From Methanosarcinales archaeon (lineage in GTDB: Archaea > Halobacteriota > Syntropharchaeia > Alkanophagales > Methanospirareceae), in assembly GCA_025464325.1 (NCBI GenBank), contig JAODGH010000028.1, positions 1 through 37,353 of the forward strand: a stretch of 37,353 nucleotides of DNA, given 5' to 3'. This document shows, one piece after another, positions 11,441-20,659 of the stretch. A model generated the notes under the pieces. It had not been told where the DNA came from and made no database searches. It saw only the letters and a list, made by a program, of their open reading frames with translations. A program made the position numbers and the translations under genes. Every line of letters begins with the position of its first letter. The first letter of the stretch is position 1.

Positions 11441-12454
11441 ATGAAAGCAGTGGCACTGTTATCCGGAGGACTGGATTCGATACTGGCGTTAAAACTGATC
11501 CTTGAACAGGGAATAGATATGGTGGCGCTGTATCTCCAGCTACCTTTTATCGAAGGTAAAAATAAAAGTAGAAGTAGAAGTAGTAGAAGTAGAAACAGAA
11601 ATGGGAGTGAGGATTATGCCAGTGCCACTGCTGAGAGACTGAATATACCGCTGATACGACTGGTTGCGGGTGATGAATACATGCAGATTTTACGCAATCC
11701 GAAATATGGCTATGGGTCCGGTATGAACCCATGTATAGACTGTCACATCTATATGCTACGCAAAGCGAAGCTGGTTGCGGAAACGCTGGGTGCTTATTTC
11801 ATCGTTACCGGCGATGTTCTTGGCGAACGTCCAATGAGCCAGTACAGGCGTGCACTGGCACTGGAAGATGAAGAAGCGGGCGTTACAGGTAAGGTTCTGC
11901 GACCGTTATCCGCGAAATTGTTACCGAAAACGATCCCGGAACGCGAGGGGTGGGTGGATCGCCGCAAACTACTTGCAATTGCAGGTAAGAGCCGAAAGCC
12001 CCAGATCGCCCTTGCGAAACGATATAATCTGAGCTATCCAGGCCCGTCTGGCGGATGCCTGCTGACATATCGCGAGTTCGCAGCCAGAGTGCGTGATATG
12101 CTGGTACATAATGAGCCATTGACGAAGAACGCGGTGAAACTGCTGAAATTGGGCAGACATTTCAGGTTCGGACATTCAAAGATAATAGTTGGCAGGAACC
12201 AGGCTGAGAACGAAATGCTGATGCAGTTACGAGAACCGGGGGATTACATCTTCGAGGTGCAGGGTTATAGCGGTCCGGTAACGCTCTTAAGAGGTGTGAA
12301 GAATAGCGATGCTGTAAACTTCGCGTCAAGACTGACGGTGAGATATTCTGACGCGGATACAGAGGCAGTGGTGGAATACCGGGATGGTAAGCCAAGGGGT
12401 AAGATCACTGCTCAGACCCTGACAGACCCGGATATCGCGCGTTTCCGGGTGTAG
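11441..12454 (+). CDS. PP-loop ATPase of the ThiI/MnmA-like tRNA thiolase group, no THUMP domain
   Basis: MKAVALLSGGLDS PP-loop, NPCIDC, GERPMSQ, GGCLLT, GRHFR, VGRN. Confidence 0.8.
   Translation: MKAVALLSGGLDSILALKLILEQGIDMVALYLQLPFIEGKNKSRSRSSRSRNRNGSEDYASATAERLNIPLIRLVAGDEYMQILRNPKYGYGSGMNPCIDCHIYMLRKAKLVAETLGAYFIVTGDVLGERPMSQYRRALALEDEEAGVTGKVLRPLSAKLLPKTIPEREGWVDRRKLLAIAGKSRKPQIALAKRYNLSYPGPSGGCLLTYREFAARVRDMLVHNEPLTKNAVKLLKLGRHFRFGHSKIIVGRNQAENEMLMQLREPGDYIFEVQGYSGPVTLLRGVKNSDAVNFASRLTVRYSDADTEAVVEYRDGKPRGKITAQTLTDPDIARFRV
11567..11602 (+). repeat. In-frame (AGTAGA)n microsatellite encoding SRSRSSRSRNRN
   Basis: AGT AGA AGT AGA AGT AGT AGA AGT AGA AAC AGA AAT read directly. Confidence 0.8.
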
Positions 12455-12506
12455 CGAAGTGCGGTAAGCGCAGTATTTATATATTGCCTGTCGTGATTAA
12501 CAAAAT

Positions 12507-13739
12507 ATGGCTACAATAGCGGAGAAGATACTGGAAGGCGAGACCGGTGAGATCGTAGAACGAGAAGTTGATTACATAATGGTGAATGATATAACAGGTG
12601 TACCGGCATTTGAGGTTCTCGACGAGCTCGGAGAAGAGCCGAAACGAGAGAAGATCGTTGTTGTACAGGATCATTATGTACCGAACAAGGATATTGCCTC
12701 TGCAGAGCAGGCGAAAGCGCTGCGTAACTATGCTCGGAGATACCGCATTCCCCACTATTATGAGATCGGTAGGGGTGGTATCTGCCATCAGGTAATGATA
12801 GAGGAGGGTTTTGTGGCACCGGGCAGGTTGATAATAGGTGCCGATTCTCATACCTGTTCCTATGGCGCTTTTGGTGCATTCTCAACCGGTGTGGGCTCTA
12901 CCGAGGCGGGTGCGGCAATGGCTACCGGCAGGTTATGGTTCAAAGTCCCGGCGACCCAGAAGTTCGTGGTGAACGGCGATCTTCGGAAATATGTCATGGG
13001 TAAGGACATAATTCTGCATATCATCGGGGACATAGGTGTGTCGGGCTCGTTATACATGGCGCAGGAGTACTACGGCTCGACAATAGATAATTTGAGCCTC
13101 ACGGATCGCATAACAATGGCGAATATGGCGGTCGAAGCAGGTGCAAAGGCGGGTATAGTACCGCCCGATGAAACCGTTTTCTCGTTCCTGCGTAATCGTG
13201 TCCGGGGTAATTATAAACCGGTTTATGCAGACGAAGATGCGGAATATGAGGCTATATTTGAGTATGACGCAGCGGAGATAGTTCCTACAGTTGCAAAGCC
13301 GTTCTCACCAGCCAATATCGCACCCGCGAGTGAACTGGATAATGTCCTTATAGACCAGGCGTATCTGGGCTCATGTACAAACGGCAGGATCGAAGATTTA
13401 AGAGTTGCTGCCGCTCTGTTAAACGGCAAGAAGGTTAATCCCGATGTGCGGATGATTGTGGTGCCCGCGAGTGAGCGGGTATTGAAGCAAGCGCTCGACG
13501 AGGGGTTGGTACGCATATTCGTGGATGCGGGTGCATTTATATGCGGTGCCACTTGTGGTGCATGCCTGGGTGGCTACATGGGTGTACTGGCAAAAGGTGA
13601 GCGATGCATAAGCACAACGAATCGTAACTTTGTTGGCAGGATGGGGCACAAGGACTCGGAGGTCTATCTCGCGAATCCCGCAGTAGTCGCCGCTTCCGCT
13701 ATCACCGGGCGAATAACCGACCCTTCGGACCTGGACTGA
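12507..13739 (+). CDS. leuC: 3-isopropylmalate dehydratase / homoaconitase large subunit (LeuC or HacA)
   Basis: GICHQV, GADSHTC, GSCTNGR, CGACLG, STTNRNFVGRMG; LeuC versus HacA cannot be resolved by eye. Confidence 0.85.
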   Translation: MATIAEKILEGETGEIVEREVDYIMVNDITGVPAFEVLDELGEEPKREKIVVVQDHYVPNKDIASAEQAKALRNYARRYRIPHYYEIGRGGICHQVMIEEGFVAPGRLIIGADSHTCSYGAFGAFSTGVGSTEAGAAMATGRLWFKVPATQKFVVNGDLRKYVMGKDIILHIIGDIGVSGSLYMAQEYYGSTIDNLSLTDRITMANMAVEAGAKAGIVPPDETVFSFLRNRVRGNYKPVYADEDAEYEAIFEYDAAEIVPTVAKPFSPANIAPASELDNVLIDQAYLGSCTNGRIEDLRVAAALLNGKKVNPDVRMIVVPASERVLKQALDEGLVRIFVDAGAFICGATCGACLGGYMGVLAKGERCISTTNRNFVGRMGHKDSEVYLANPAVVAASAITGRITDPSDLD

Positions 13740-13788
13740 CTTAGTGACTGAGGCTGACTGAGTGGCTGAGTGGCTGAGTGGCTGACTG
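13734..13788. repeat. Tandem repeat: (CTGAGTGG)x3 at 13758-13781 inside a degenerate 4-nt-period tract
   Basis: gact gact tagt gact ga ggct gact gagt ggct gagt ggct gagt ggct gact, between convergent genes. Confidence 0.85.
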
Positions 13789-13792
13789 CCCA

Positions 13793-14443
13793 TCACAAAT
13801 AAAACCGTTTTATGTACTCATAATTGCTCTCTATAGCAGCCCTGCCTCTTATAATGTTACCGTGACCGGGTAGTAGCAGCTCGGTATTTAACATCGAGAT
13901 TCTGTGTATGGAATCTCTTAGATCAGCTTCACGCCCAAAAGGCAGGTCGGTCCTTCCAATGCCATGATCGAATATAAGATCACCGGTTATCAGGAACCTC
14001 TCATCAGGCGAGTAAATGCAGATGCTATCTGGCGAATGACCCGGCGTATGCAGTATCCTCAATTCGCGATCACTACTCAGCTTCAATGTATCTCGTATAT
14101 CCATATCTGCATGGAACTCATGCCTGAAGGACATACCGAAGAACCGTGAAGATTCTTCTATCATCACATTACGATACTGTGATTGCGAGATGTGTAAAGC
14201 GATTTTAGCGTTGTACGCCTCTTTCATTGCAATAATTGCATCGTAATGGTCTGGATGGAGGTGTGTGACCGCTATGACATCAATCCTGTCGATCCTGTCA
14301 TCCTCCAGCTCCCGGAATCGCAGCTCAAGATAAGCACGCAGTCCCGGATCTATCAAAACCGAGATATCGCCCTTTATCAGGTATGTATTCGCATCGAACG
14401 GTCCCTTCTCCCTGTACCAGTATAGATTATCCAGAATTCTCAT
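13793..14443 (-). CDS. MBL-fold metallo-hydrolase (glyoxalase II-like)
   Basis: THLHPDH, HTPGHS, TGDLIF, GRTDL, LPGHG. Confidence 0.92.
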   Translation of the reverse strand: MRILDNLYWYREKGPFDANTYLIKGDISVLIDPGLRAYLELRFRELEDDRIDRIDVIAVTHLHPDHYDAIIAMKEAYNAKIALHISQSQYRNVMIEESSRFFGMSFRHEFHADMDIRDTLKLSSDRELRILHTPGHSPDSICIYSPDERFLITGDLIFDHGIGRTDLPFGREADLRDSIHRISMLNTELLLPGHGNIIRGRAAIESNYEYIKRFYL

Positions 14444-14453
14444 GGCTCATCGT

Positions 14454-15044
14454 TTAATTGCTGATAAGTAATGGCAAAAGTGTGATGAGAAGTGATTCGA
14501 TAATAGCAGCAGCGAGAAGCAGCGGTAGTATAAGTATGAAATATACCCGCAATCCCCTCTTCAATTCTAATAACAAATGCCGCTCATTACTATGCCGAAA
14601 CAGTTCCCTGCCTAATTTCAGACCGATGGCGGTGGATAGCAGGAAAGCGGGTATCTCAAATATACCGTGTGGGATGATAGCGATAAGGATATACAAGCCC
14701 TGTCTTTGAGCGAACCAGCCGATGATACCACCATTGACGAACGCGGAGAAGATCGGGAATATGCCCGCAAACGGTCCCAGCAGAATATCCAGGAAGCAGG
14801 TGAGGCTGTTATTAAGGAATATGACGAAGAAGAACAGCAGGAATGATACCCACGCGGGGTACGAACCGCTAATGCTTTTCATGTTCTTGCTCAGTTCCTC
14901 TATCCAGCTAAGAGCCACGTTGAATAGCTCATTGAAGTACCCGAAGTAACCGATAACGCCAGAAACGAGGAATATAATGAGGACTGCAAAGACATAAAAC
15001 CTTAGAGAATGCAGATATGCACGTAGCGAAATTTCGTCTTCCAT
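14454..15044 (-). CDS. SpoIIM/DUF95 family membrane protein
   Basis: IFLNNS, NGGIIG, IIPHGIFEIPA, AAIIES; several hydrophobic segments. Confidence 0.88.
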   Translation of the reverse strand: MEDEISLRAYLHSLRFYVFAVLIIFLVSGVIGYFGYFNELFNVALSWIEELSKNMKSISGSYPAWVSFLLFFFVIFLNNSLTCFLDILLGPFAGIFPIFSAFVNGGIIGWFAQRQGLYILIAIIPHGIFEIPAFLLSTAIGLKLGRELFRHSNERHLLLELKRGLRVYFILILPLLLAAAIIESLLITLLPLLISN

Positions 15045-15231
15045 CTCTGTACTACTTCTCCTCCCTTAGAGATAGCATTTGATATTATATTATCTTTTTT
15101 TTTCAGGTTTACGGTTTCTACCCGTCCCCTGTCGCAGAACGAATACCGGGGCAAGAAGTTCGAATCATATTTATTGGAATAGCAGCTTGTTATAATTGGT
15201 TTTAGATGGCAGAGCGATATAAGGCAGGTAG

Positions 15232-16569
15232 ATGTGGAGAAGGATAGTTTTATGTGGCGTTGTGTTGTTCATGCTGGTGCTTAGCTGCGCCACACTTGAG
15301 ACCAATGGCAGTGATGTCGTAAAGGACAATGCACCTGTGGTGTACGTTATACGTATAGAAGGTACGATAACAGAAGGTACGGCGATGGACGTACTTGACG
15401 GGCTGACAGAGGCTGAGGAAACGAACGCCGAAGCTGTTCTGCTTGAGATCGACACTCCGGGAGGACTGGTCAGTTCAACACTGAAGATAACGGAACGCAT
15501 AATGAATACGAAGGTGCCGGTCATCACGTATGTGACACCGAGAGGCGCGATAGCAGCCTCAGCCGGTTCATTCGTGCTCGTATCTGGCGATATAGCCGCT
15601 ATGACACCGGGTACAACAACCGGGGCGGCGATGCCGGTATCAATAGGAGTAAGCGGCAGGCACCCGGCAGATAACAAGACGGTGAAATTCTTTGCCGGGC
15701 ACATAGCGAGTATAGCAAATTCGACCGGTAAGAACGCGACACAGGCGAAACTGTTCGTCACAAAGAACGCGGTATTGAACGCGAACGATGCTCTAAAGCG
15801 GGGTATAATAGATGTAATAGCGAATACCGGGCATGATCTTATGACGAAACTGGACGGTAGAATCGTGGAGAAGGATGGCGAGAATGTAACCCTGAACACA
15901 AGATTCGCATCACTGCACTACAGGCGACCGACCACCCGTTCATATCTCTTGAAAGTGCTGAGTAATCCACAGGTAGCGATAATTCTCCTCATCGTTGGCT
16001 TGTATGGTCTTATATTCGGATTCATGTCGCCCGGTACATATGCTCCGGAGATGATAGGCGCCATATGTTTGATATTATCGCTATACGGTATGGGGCTATT
16101 CTCGGTGAATATGTTCGGTGTACTTCTGATAATAATCGCGGTAATTCTATTCATCGCCGAGGCGTTGACACCAACGTATGGTATACTCACCGCCGGCGCT
16201 ATCGCATGTCTGATAATAGGCGCACTGATATTACCAAAGGAGCCATTACTATTCGATACTCGCTGGTTCCATGGTTTCACAGTCACTGTTCTGGGTATCG
16301 CAGTTGCATCGGCTGTATTCTTCATCTTCGCCATCGGAGCTGTACTGCGAGTACGGAAGAGCCGTCCGAAGGTAGGAGGAGAAGAGCTGATCGGGCAGGT
16401 GACGAAAGCATTAACGGATATAACCGAAGATGGCGGTATGGTGAAACTACATGGAGAACTGTGGAATGCACGAACGAGTACGAATACGGAGCGTATAGAA
16501 CAAGGTACGAAGGTGGAAGTTGTGTCACGAGAAGGGTTGACATTGATCGTCAAGAAGAAGAGCGAGTAA
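15232..16569 (+). CDS. nfeD: Long-form NfeD: ClpP-class serine protease domain, membrane domain and OB fold
   Basis: Signal peptide, IDTPGGL, AASAG, GAAMPV, TM block, GMVKLHGELWNA. Confidence 0.92.
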   Translation: MWRRIVLCGVVLFMLVLSCATLETNGSDVVKDNAPVVYVIRIEGTITEGTAMDVLDGLTEAEETNAEAVLLEIDTPGGLVSSTLKITERIMNTKVPVITYVTPRGAIAASAGSFVLVSGDIAAMTPGTTTGAAMPVSIGVSGRHPADNKTVKFFAGHIASIANSTGKNATQAKLFVTKNAVLNANDALKRGIIDVIANTGHDLMTKLDGRIVEKDGENVTLNTRFASLHYRRPTTRSYLLKVLSNPQVAIILLIVGLYGLIFGFMSPGTYAPEMIGAICLILSLYGMGLFSVNMFGVLLIIIAVILFIAEALTPTYGILTAGAIACLIIGALILPKEPLLFDTRWFHGFTVTVLGIAVASAVFFIFAIGAVLRVRKSRPKVGGEELIGQVTKALTDITEDGGMVKLHGELWNARTSTNTERIEQGTKVEVVSREGLTLIVKKKSE

Positions 16570-16645
16570 GCTATTGGATGTTCAATATACCGGCTGAAAT
16601 AGCATTCGTTTATATAGGATCGGTGTAAATAACTAAAAGATAGAC

Positions 16646-17290
16646 ATGATAGCACCAATGCCACTTGTTGCCTTTGGATTCGGGTTATTGAGCGTGTTAT
16701 CGCCCTGTATTCTGCCAGTAATTCCGCTTATTGCTGCATATTCAACCAAATCGAGCAAACTGGTACCGGTGATGATGGGGATAGGACTCTCCATATCATT
16801 TGCAATGATGGGCATATTTGCATCTGCTTTTGGCTCGGTATTTCAGCACTACAGGTTAATGCTGCAGGTTGCTGGTGGTGTTCTGATCATATTCCTCGGC
16901 TTATGCATGATGTTCAGCGGATTGGAACGTAAGATAGGGTCGTTGATACCTGCGAAGGGGTTTACCGGGCGGATACACATGGACGAAACTGGTAAGGCAG
17001 GTGGCTTAATGCTCGGGCTATCGCTTGGTATTGTGTGGACACCATGTATAGGATCCATACTTGGGGCGATACTCACGATGGTTGCTGTTGAGGGAGACAT
17101 ACTGTATGGAGCATTTCTGCTCGTTATCTATTCGCTGGGCCTGGTACTGCCCTTGCTTGCCATTGCGTATACCACACGGTTCACATTGAAACCGTTTGTC
17201 CGGTACAGTATGAAAATAAGGACCGTTTCCGGGTTCATACTTGTAATAGTGGGTTCGTATTTCCTGTACAGTGCGGCATACGCATTTTGA
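16646..17290 (+). CDS. ccdA: CcdA / DsbD-like cytochrome c biogenesis thiol-disulfide transporter
   Basis: LSPCILP and WTPCIG conserved Cys motifs; about six TM helices. Confidence 0.9.
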   Translation: MIAPMPLVAFGFGLLSVLSPCILPVIPLIAAYSTKSSKLVPVMMGIGLSISFAMMGIFASAFGSVFQHYRLMLQVAGGVLIIFLGLCMMFSGLERKIGSLIPAKGFTGRIHMDETGKAGGLMLGLSLGIVWTPCIGSILGAILTMVAVEGDILYGAFLLVIYSLGLVLPLLAIAYTTRFTLKPFVRYSMKIRTVSGFILVIVGSYFLYSAAYAF

Positions 17291-17403
17291 ATGGGTTGTA
17301 TCTGGTAAAGCGATTTTTGCGCTGCCATACCCCGCTCACTTTACAGATCGCGTTTTAGAAAAGATGGCTCAAACACGATAATTTACATCATAACAACTGA
17401 AGG

Positions 17404-17468
17404 TTTATATACACCGCACTCCTATTAGGAGATGATACCAGACTGGTGGTATCGGTTAAAAAGGAGGT
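17404..17468 (+). promoter_or_regulatory. TATA box, 5'-UTR hairpin and RBS of the TRAM gene
   Basis: TTTATATA 17404-17411; GATACCA/TGGTATC stem 17434-17453; AAGGAGGT 17461-17468. Confidence 0.6.
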
Positions 17469-17475
17469 TTTAGGT

Positions 17476-17691
17476 ATGGAATATAGGGAAAGAAGGGGAC
17501 CGATCTCCCCTGTAAACGTAGGCGACGTCTATGACGTGAAGATAGAAGATGTTGGAAGAGAAGGCGACGGTATAGCACGAGTAGAAGGATTCGTCGTGTT
17601 TGTACCAAACACGAAGAAAGGGGATAACGTAAAGGTACGAATATCTAAAGTGTCAAGGCGTGTAGGATTTGGGGAAGTAGTATCGGAATAA
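17476..17691 (+). CDS. Single TRAM-domain protein (archaeal RNA chaperone type)
   Basis: PVNVGDVYDVKIEDVGREGDGIARVEGFVVFVP; ATG after strong RBS. Confidence 0.92.
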   Translation: MEYRERRGPISPVNVGDVYDVKIEDVGREGDGIARVEGFVVFVPNTKKGDNVKVRISKVSRRVGFGEVVSE

Positions 17692-17712
17692 AAGAGTTCG
17701 GTTACGCTTCTG

Positions 17713-17762
17713 TTTTCATCCTTTTATTTTTTATTTTGTTTTTATTTTTATTATTTATTATT
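17713..17762 (+). terminator. T-rich tract, likely archaeal terminator
   Basis: Repeated T4-T6 runs right after the TRAM stop codon. Confidence 0.55.
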
Positions 17763-17803
17763 ACGTACAAATGTGGGTTCGGTTACGCCTACTGAAACCT
17801 GTT

Positions 17804-19015
17804 TTATCGCCGGTAAGCCTCAGCTATAATTCTTGAGACGTATTTCGCCAGTGCCACGATGGTCAGTATGGGTGGAGCGCCCGGAACCGCGGGCAATACC
17901 GATGCATCTGCAACGTATAACCCGCTCACTTCGGTCTCAAGATAACGGTCAACAGCGATACCGATCCTCGCGGTACCGCCCGGATGTGCACCCCTCAGCG
18001 GGGTAGCCACAAGCGATGAAGGATGAACACCCGCTTCTGTCAGAATGGCACCCGCAACAGAGGCACCTTCTGACAGATGCATCGCGTCACGGTTTGTTAT
18101 ACCCTTCTCCACTTTATCCGCTCCCGCCACAGTGCCTACCGCTTCGTCCTTTATCTTAACCATAAGTCCGAGGATGTCGCGTGGTGAGACATCAAACCCT
18201 TTTTTCGCTATTGCATCCACGAGATGACGTGAAAAATGGGGATAAATCATAAAATCATCAAATTTTATAGCTGCATTCATGGTTATCTCCTCGTTGAACC
18301 CAATCCCTTTGAGAACGCCACCTATCGTTAAGAAGGTATCAACGAATAACGAATTTGATGTTTCGGGTAACCCGAGCCTTCTCAACAGCAGAGGTGTCTC
18401 TAAAGCGCCGGCAGAAAGAACCACGGTATCATCGGTAAATACCTTATCGCCGCTTCTAACACCCATCACCTCGCCACCTTTTACCATCACCTCTTCAACC
18501 TGCATACCCGTGATTATCCTCGCACCATCATCCTTAGCCGCCTCGATAAAGCGCAAAGCACTCCATTTTGCGCCCGCGGGACAGCCAAAAGTGCATCGTC
18601 CGTCAGATCGGCATTTTTCGGTATTTATAAACTTTGGCATACGCTCCACCACGAAACCAAGCGCCTCAGCCGCAGCTACAATCTTGCCTGTGCCATAACC
18701 CGTAAAAGCGTCGGGTAGAACAGTGACACCGAGCTCATGCTCCGTTTCTTCTAAATATCGGCTCAGGTTGACCCCTTTTTGATTCAACTCCTCTTCCAGA
18801 CACCGCACCCCGTTGCCTGCGGAGACCACCGTCGTACCACCCAGACAGATGGTTCGCATGACTTTCACTTCAGAATCGGTATTCGCGTAGCATCTAAACG
18901 CATCTTTCTCCGCTACTTCTGGTCCTTTCTCTATCAGAGTTACCCTGATGCCCTCCTCAGCCAGTTCCCTGGCTACCGTTGCACCTCCCGCACCAGAGCC
19001 CACAACTATTACCAT
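17804..19015 (-). CDS. GMC-family FAD oxidoreductase
   Basis: MVIVVGSGAGG Rossmann fold, LGGTT, LSAGALETP, HPGGTA, VADASVLP, PPILTI; start ATG 19015. Confidence 0.88.
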   Translation of the reverse strand: MVIVVGSGAGGATVARELAEEGIRVTLIEKGPEVAEKDAFRCYANTDSEVKVMRTICLGGTTVVSAGNGVRCLEEELNQKGVNLSRYLEETEHELGVTVLPDAFTGYGTGKIVAAAEALGFVVERMPKFINTEKCRSDGRCTFGCPAGAKWSALRFIEAAKDDGARIITGMQVEEVMVKGGEVMGVRSGDKVFTDDTVVLSAGALETPLLLRRLGLPETSNSLFVDTFLTIGGVLKGIGFNEEITMNAAIKFDDFMIYPHFSRHLVDAIAKKGFDVSPRDILGLMVKIKDEAVGTVAGADKVEKGITNRDAMHLSEGASVAGAILTEAGVHPSSLVATPLRGAHPGGTARIGIAVDRYLETEVSGLYVADASVLPAVPGAPPILTIVALAKYVSRIIAEAYRR

Positions 19016-19022
19016 CTCAAAT

Positions 19023-19721
19023 TTACCCGCCAAGATACAGCCGTTTGACCTCTTCGTTCTCGAGTAACCGCTTAGCTTCGCCTTCAAATCGCTTCTTACC
19101 CGTCTCCAGGACATAACCACGGTGACTCACGGATAACGCCATCTTCGCGTTTTGCTCCACGACCAGCAGAGATGTACCCAGTTCATTGATCTCCACGATC
19201 TTATTGAAGAGCACATCCCGCAGTTTAGGTGAAAGCCCGCTTGAGGGTTCATCGAGTAATAGCAACGCGGGCATGAGGATCAGTGCCCTGCCCACCGCTA
19301 CCATCTTCTGCTCACCACCGCTCATGGTACCCACTTTCTGCGTACGTTTGTTCTTCAGTTCCGGGAAGATTGTAAACACCTCCTCAAGCCCCTCTTCGAA
19401 CCTGTCACGCTGTATGAACGCGCCCATCTCCAGATTCTCCAGAACGGTTAGTGAGGGAAATACGTTCCTCTCCTGTGGCACATATCCCATTCCCGCCTGT
19501 ACTATCCTGTCGGTTCTCAATCGTGAAATGTCCTTATCTCTAAACATTATTTTACCACTTCTCAACTTCACGAGCCCGAAGATCGTCTTCATTAATGTGG
19601 ATTTGCCCGAACCATTCGGACCTATTATGGTGACTATCTCGTCTTTGCCAACCTCGATCGATACACCTTTGATTATGTCCACGTCCGTATAGCCAGAAAC
19701 CACATCTATCAGTTTCAGCAT
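19023..19721 (-). CDS. livF: Branched-chain amino acid ABC transporter ATP-binding subunit (LivF-like)
   Basis: GPNGSGKST, YVPQER.VF..LTVLENL, MSGGEQ, LLDEPS, VEQNA, YLGG end. Confidence 0.9.
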   Translation of the reverse strand: MLKLIDVVSGYTDVDIIKGVSIEVGKDEIVTIIGPNGSGKSTLMKTIFGLVKLRSGKIMFRDKDISRLRTDRIVQAGMGYVPQERNVFPSLTVLENLEMGAFIQRDRFEEGLEEVFTIFPELKNKRTQKVGTMSGGEQKMVAVGRALILMPALLLLDEPSSGLSPKLRDVLFNKIVEINELGTSLLVVEQNAKMALSVSHRGYVLETGKKRFEGEAKRLLENEEVKRLYLGG

Positions 19722-19884
19722 CTCACGCCTGTTAGTTAGATTGGCTACAATAAGAAAAGAAATGAAATGAAGTGAAAAAAAGAAAAAAAGGAGAAATGCA
19801 ATTCTCCATTACTACACCTTTCTTTGTTAGCGGTTTGGTTATATCTTATGCTATGTTTAGCATAACATCCCGGATGTCAGTAAC

Positions 19885-20097
19885 TTACTCACTCTTCTGG
19901 AGCTTCTCTAAAACATCCGTAGCATATTCTATAACCGTCTGGGACATAGCAGTATTCAGAATATCCCGGATAGCCGGGATCCCTTTCTCGCCATACGACG
20001 CTAAAGTGTCAATTATCTCTATCTTCCTTTTGACCGGTGTCTCATGCATACTTGCCATGCCTTCTATTTTCAATTTGTGTATCTCTTCTTCAGACAT
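19885..20097 (-). CDS. Small hypothetical helical protein (HEAT-like hairpin), 70 aa
   Basis: GAGGT RBS before ATG; amphipathic pattern IIDTLASYGEKGIPAIRDIL. Confidence 0.6.
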   Translation of the reverse strand: MSEEEIHKLKIEGMASMHETPVKRKIEIIDTLASYGEKGIPAIRDILNTAMSQTVIEYATDVLEKLQKSE

Positions 20098-20185
20098 TCT
20101 TGCTACCTCTTTACCTATTTTGCCTCCATAATAGATAGGTGATAGTACTATAAGTGAGTTTCGTTTCCCCCTCCCGGGATGGGGA

Positions 20186-20659
20186 TTAACGAATGATCTC
20201 GCGAAGTGGTATACATTCTATCATCTCCAGGCTGTCCTCATGTTCTTGCTCGACTCGCTTCGTAGCCACGACCTTATATTTCCGCTGTGCCCTGCTACCC
20301 TTTCGGATCAATATGCCCTCAGAGTGCATACTTGCAAGATAGGTCGATAATGTACTGAGTCGAATACTCACACCATATACCTCCTCATATATTCGCTTCA
20401 ACTCTGAAGAAGTGAACCAGTCTTTGGGCGCCTTACTATCATAACGTAGAAAGGACTCCAATCTATCCTTTATTGTAAGGTCTTCACTTTCGATATCGTA
20501 AGGATCAATCGAAGGAGAGGGTATATTTTCCTCCAGGAACCGCATAATGCTCTTTATAGTGGCAGATTTAAACCCTTCGCTCATCAAATCACCCTCACGT
20601 TCTATAGAGGTCTTCACTCCTTCCTCGTCAGTCACTTCCACTCGGACCTTAAATACCAT
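20186..20659 (-). CDS. Hypothetical protein with C-terminal winged helix-turn-helix, 157 aa
   Basis: WFTSSELKRIYEEVYG..IRLSTLSTYLASM..EGILIRKG...RKY wHTH pattern; TTTATATA about 50 nt upstream of ATG 20659. Confidence 0.7.
   Translation of the reverse strand: MVFKVRVEVTDEEGVKTSIEREGDLMSEGFKSATIKSIMRFLEENIPSPSIDPYDIESEDLTIKDRLESFLRYDSKAPKDWFTSSELKRIYEEVYGVSIRLSTLSTYLASMHSEGILIRKGSRAQRKYKVVATKRVEQEHEDSLEMIECIPLREIIR

Noticed and set aside
15158-15166. tRNA T-loop-like GTTCGAATC
   Set aside because: No flanking T stem, acceptor stem or cloverleaf
15171-16664. Long antisense ORFs (242 and 248 aa) opposite nfeD, and similar ones opposite the RACo gene, dnaJ and infB
   Set aside because: Shadow frames of well-supported genes, with Ser/Pro/Thr-rich composition and no motifs
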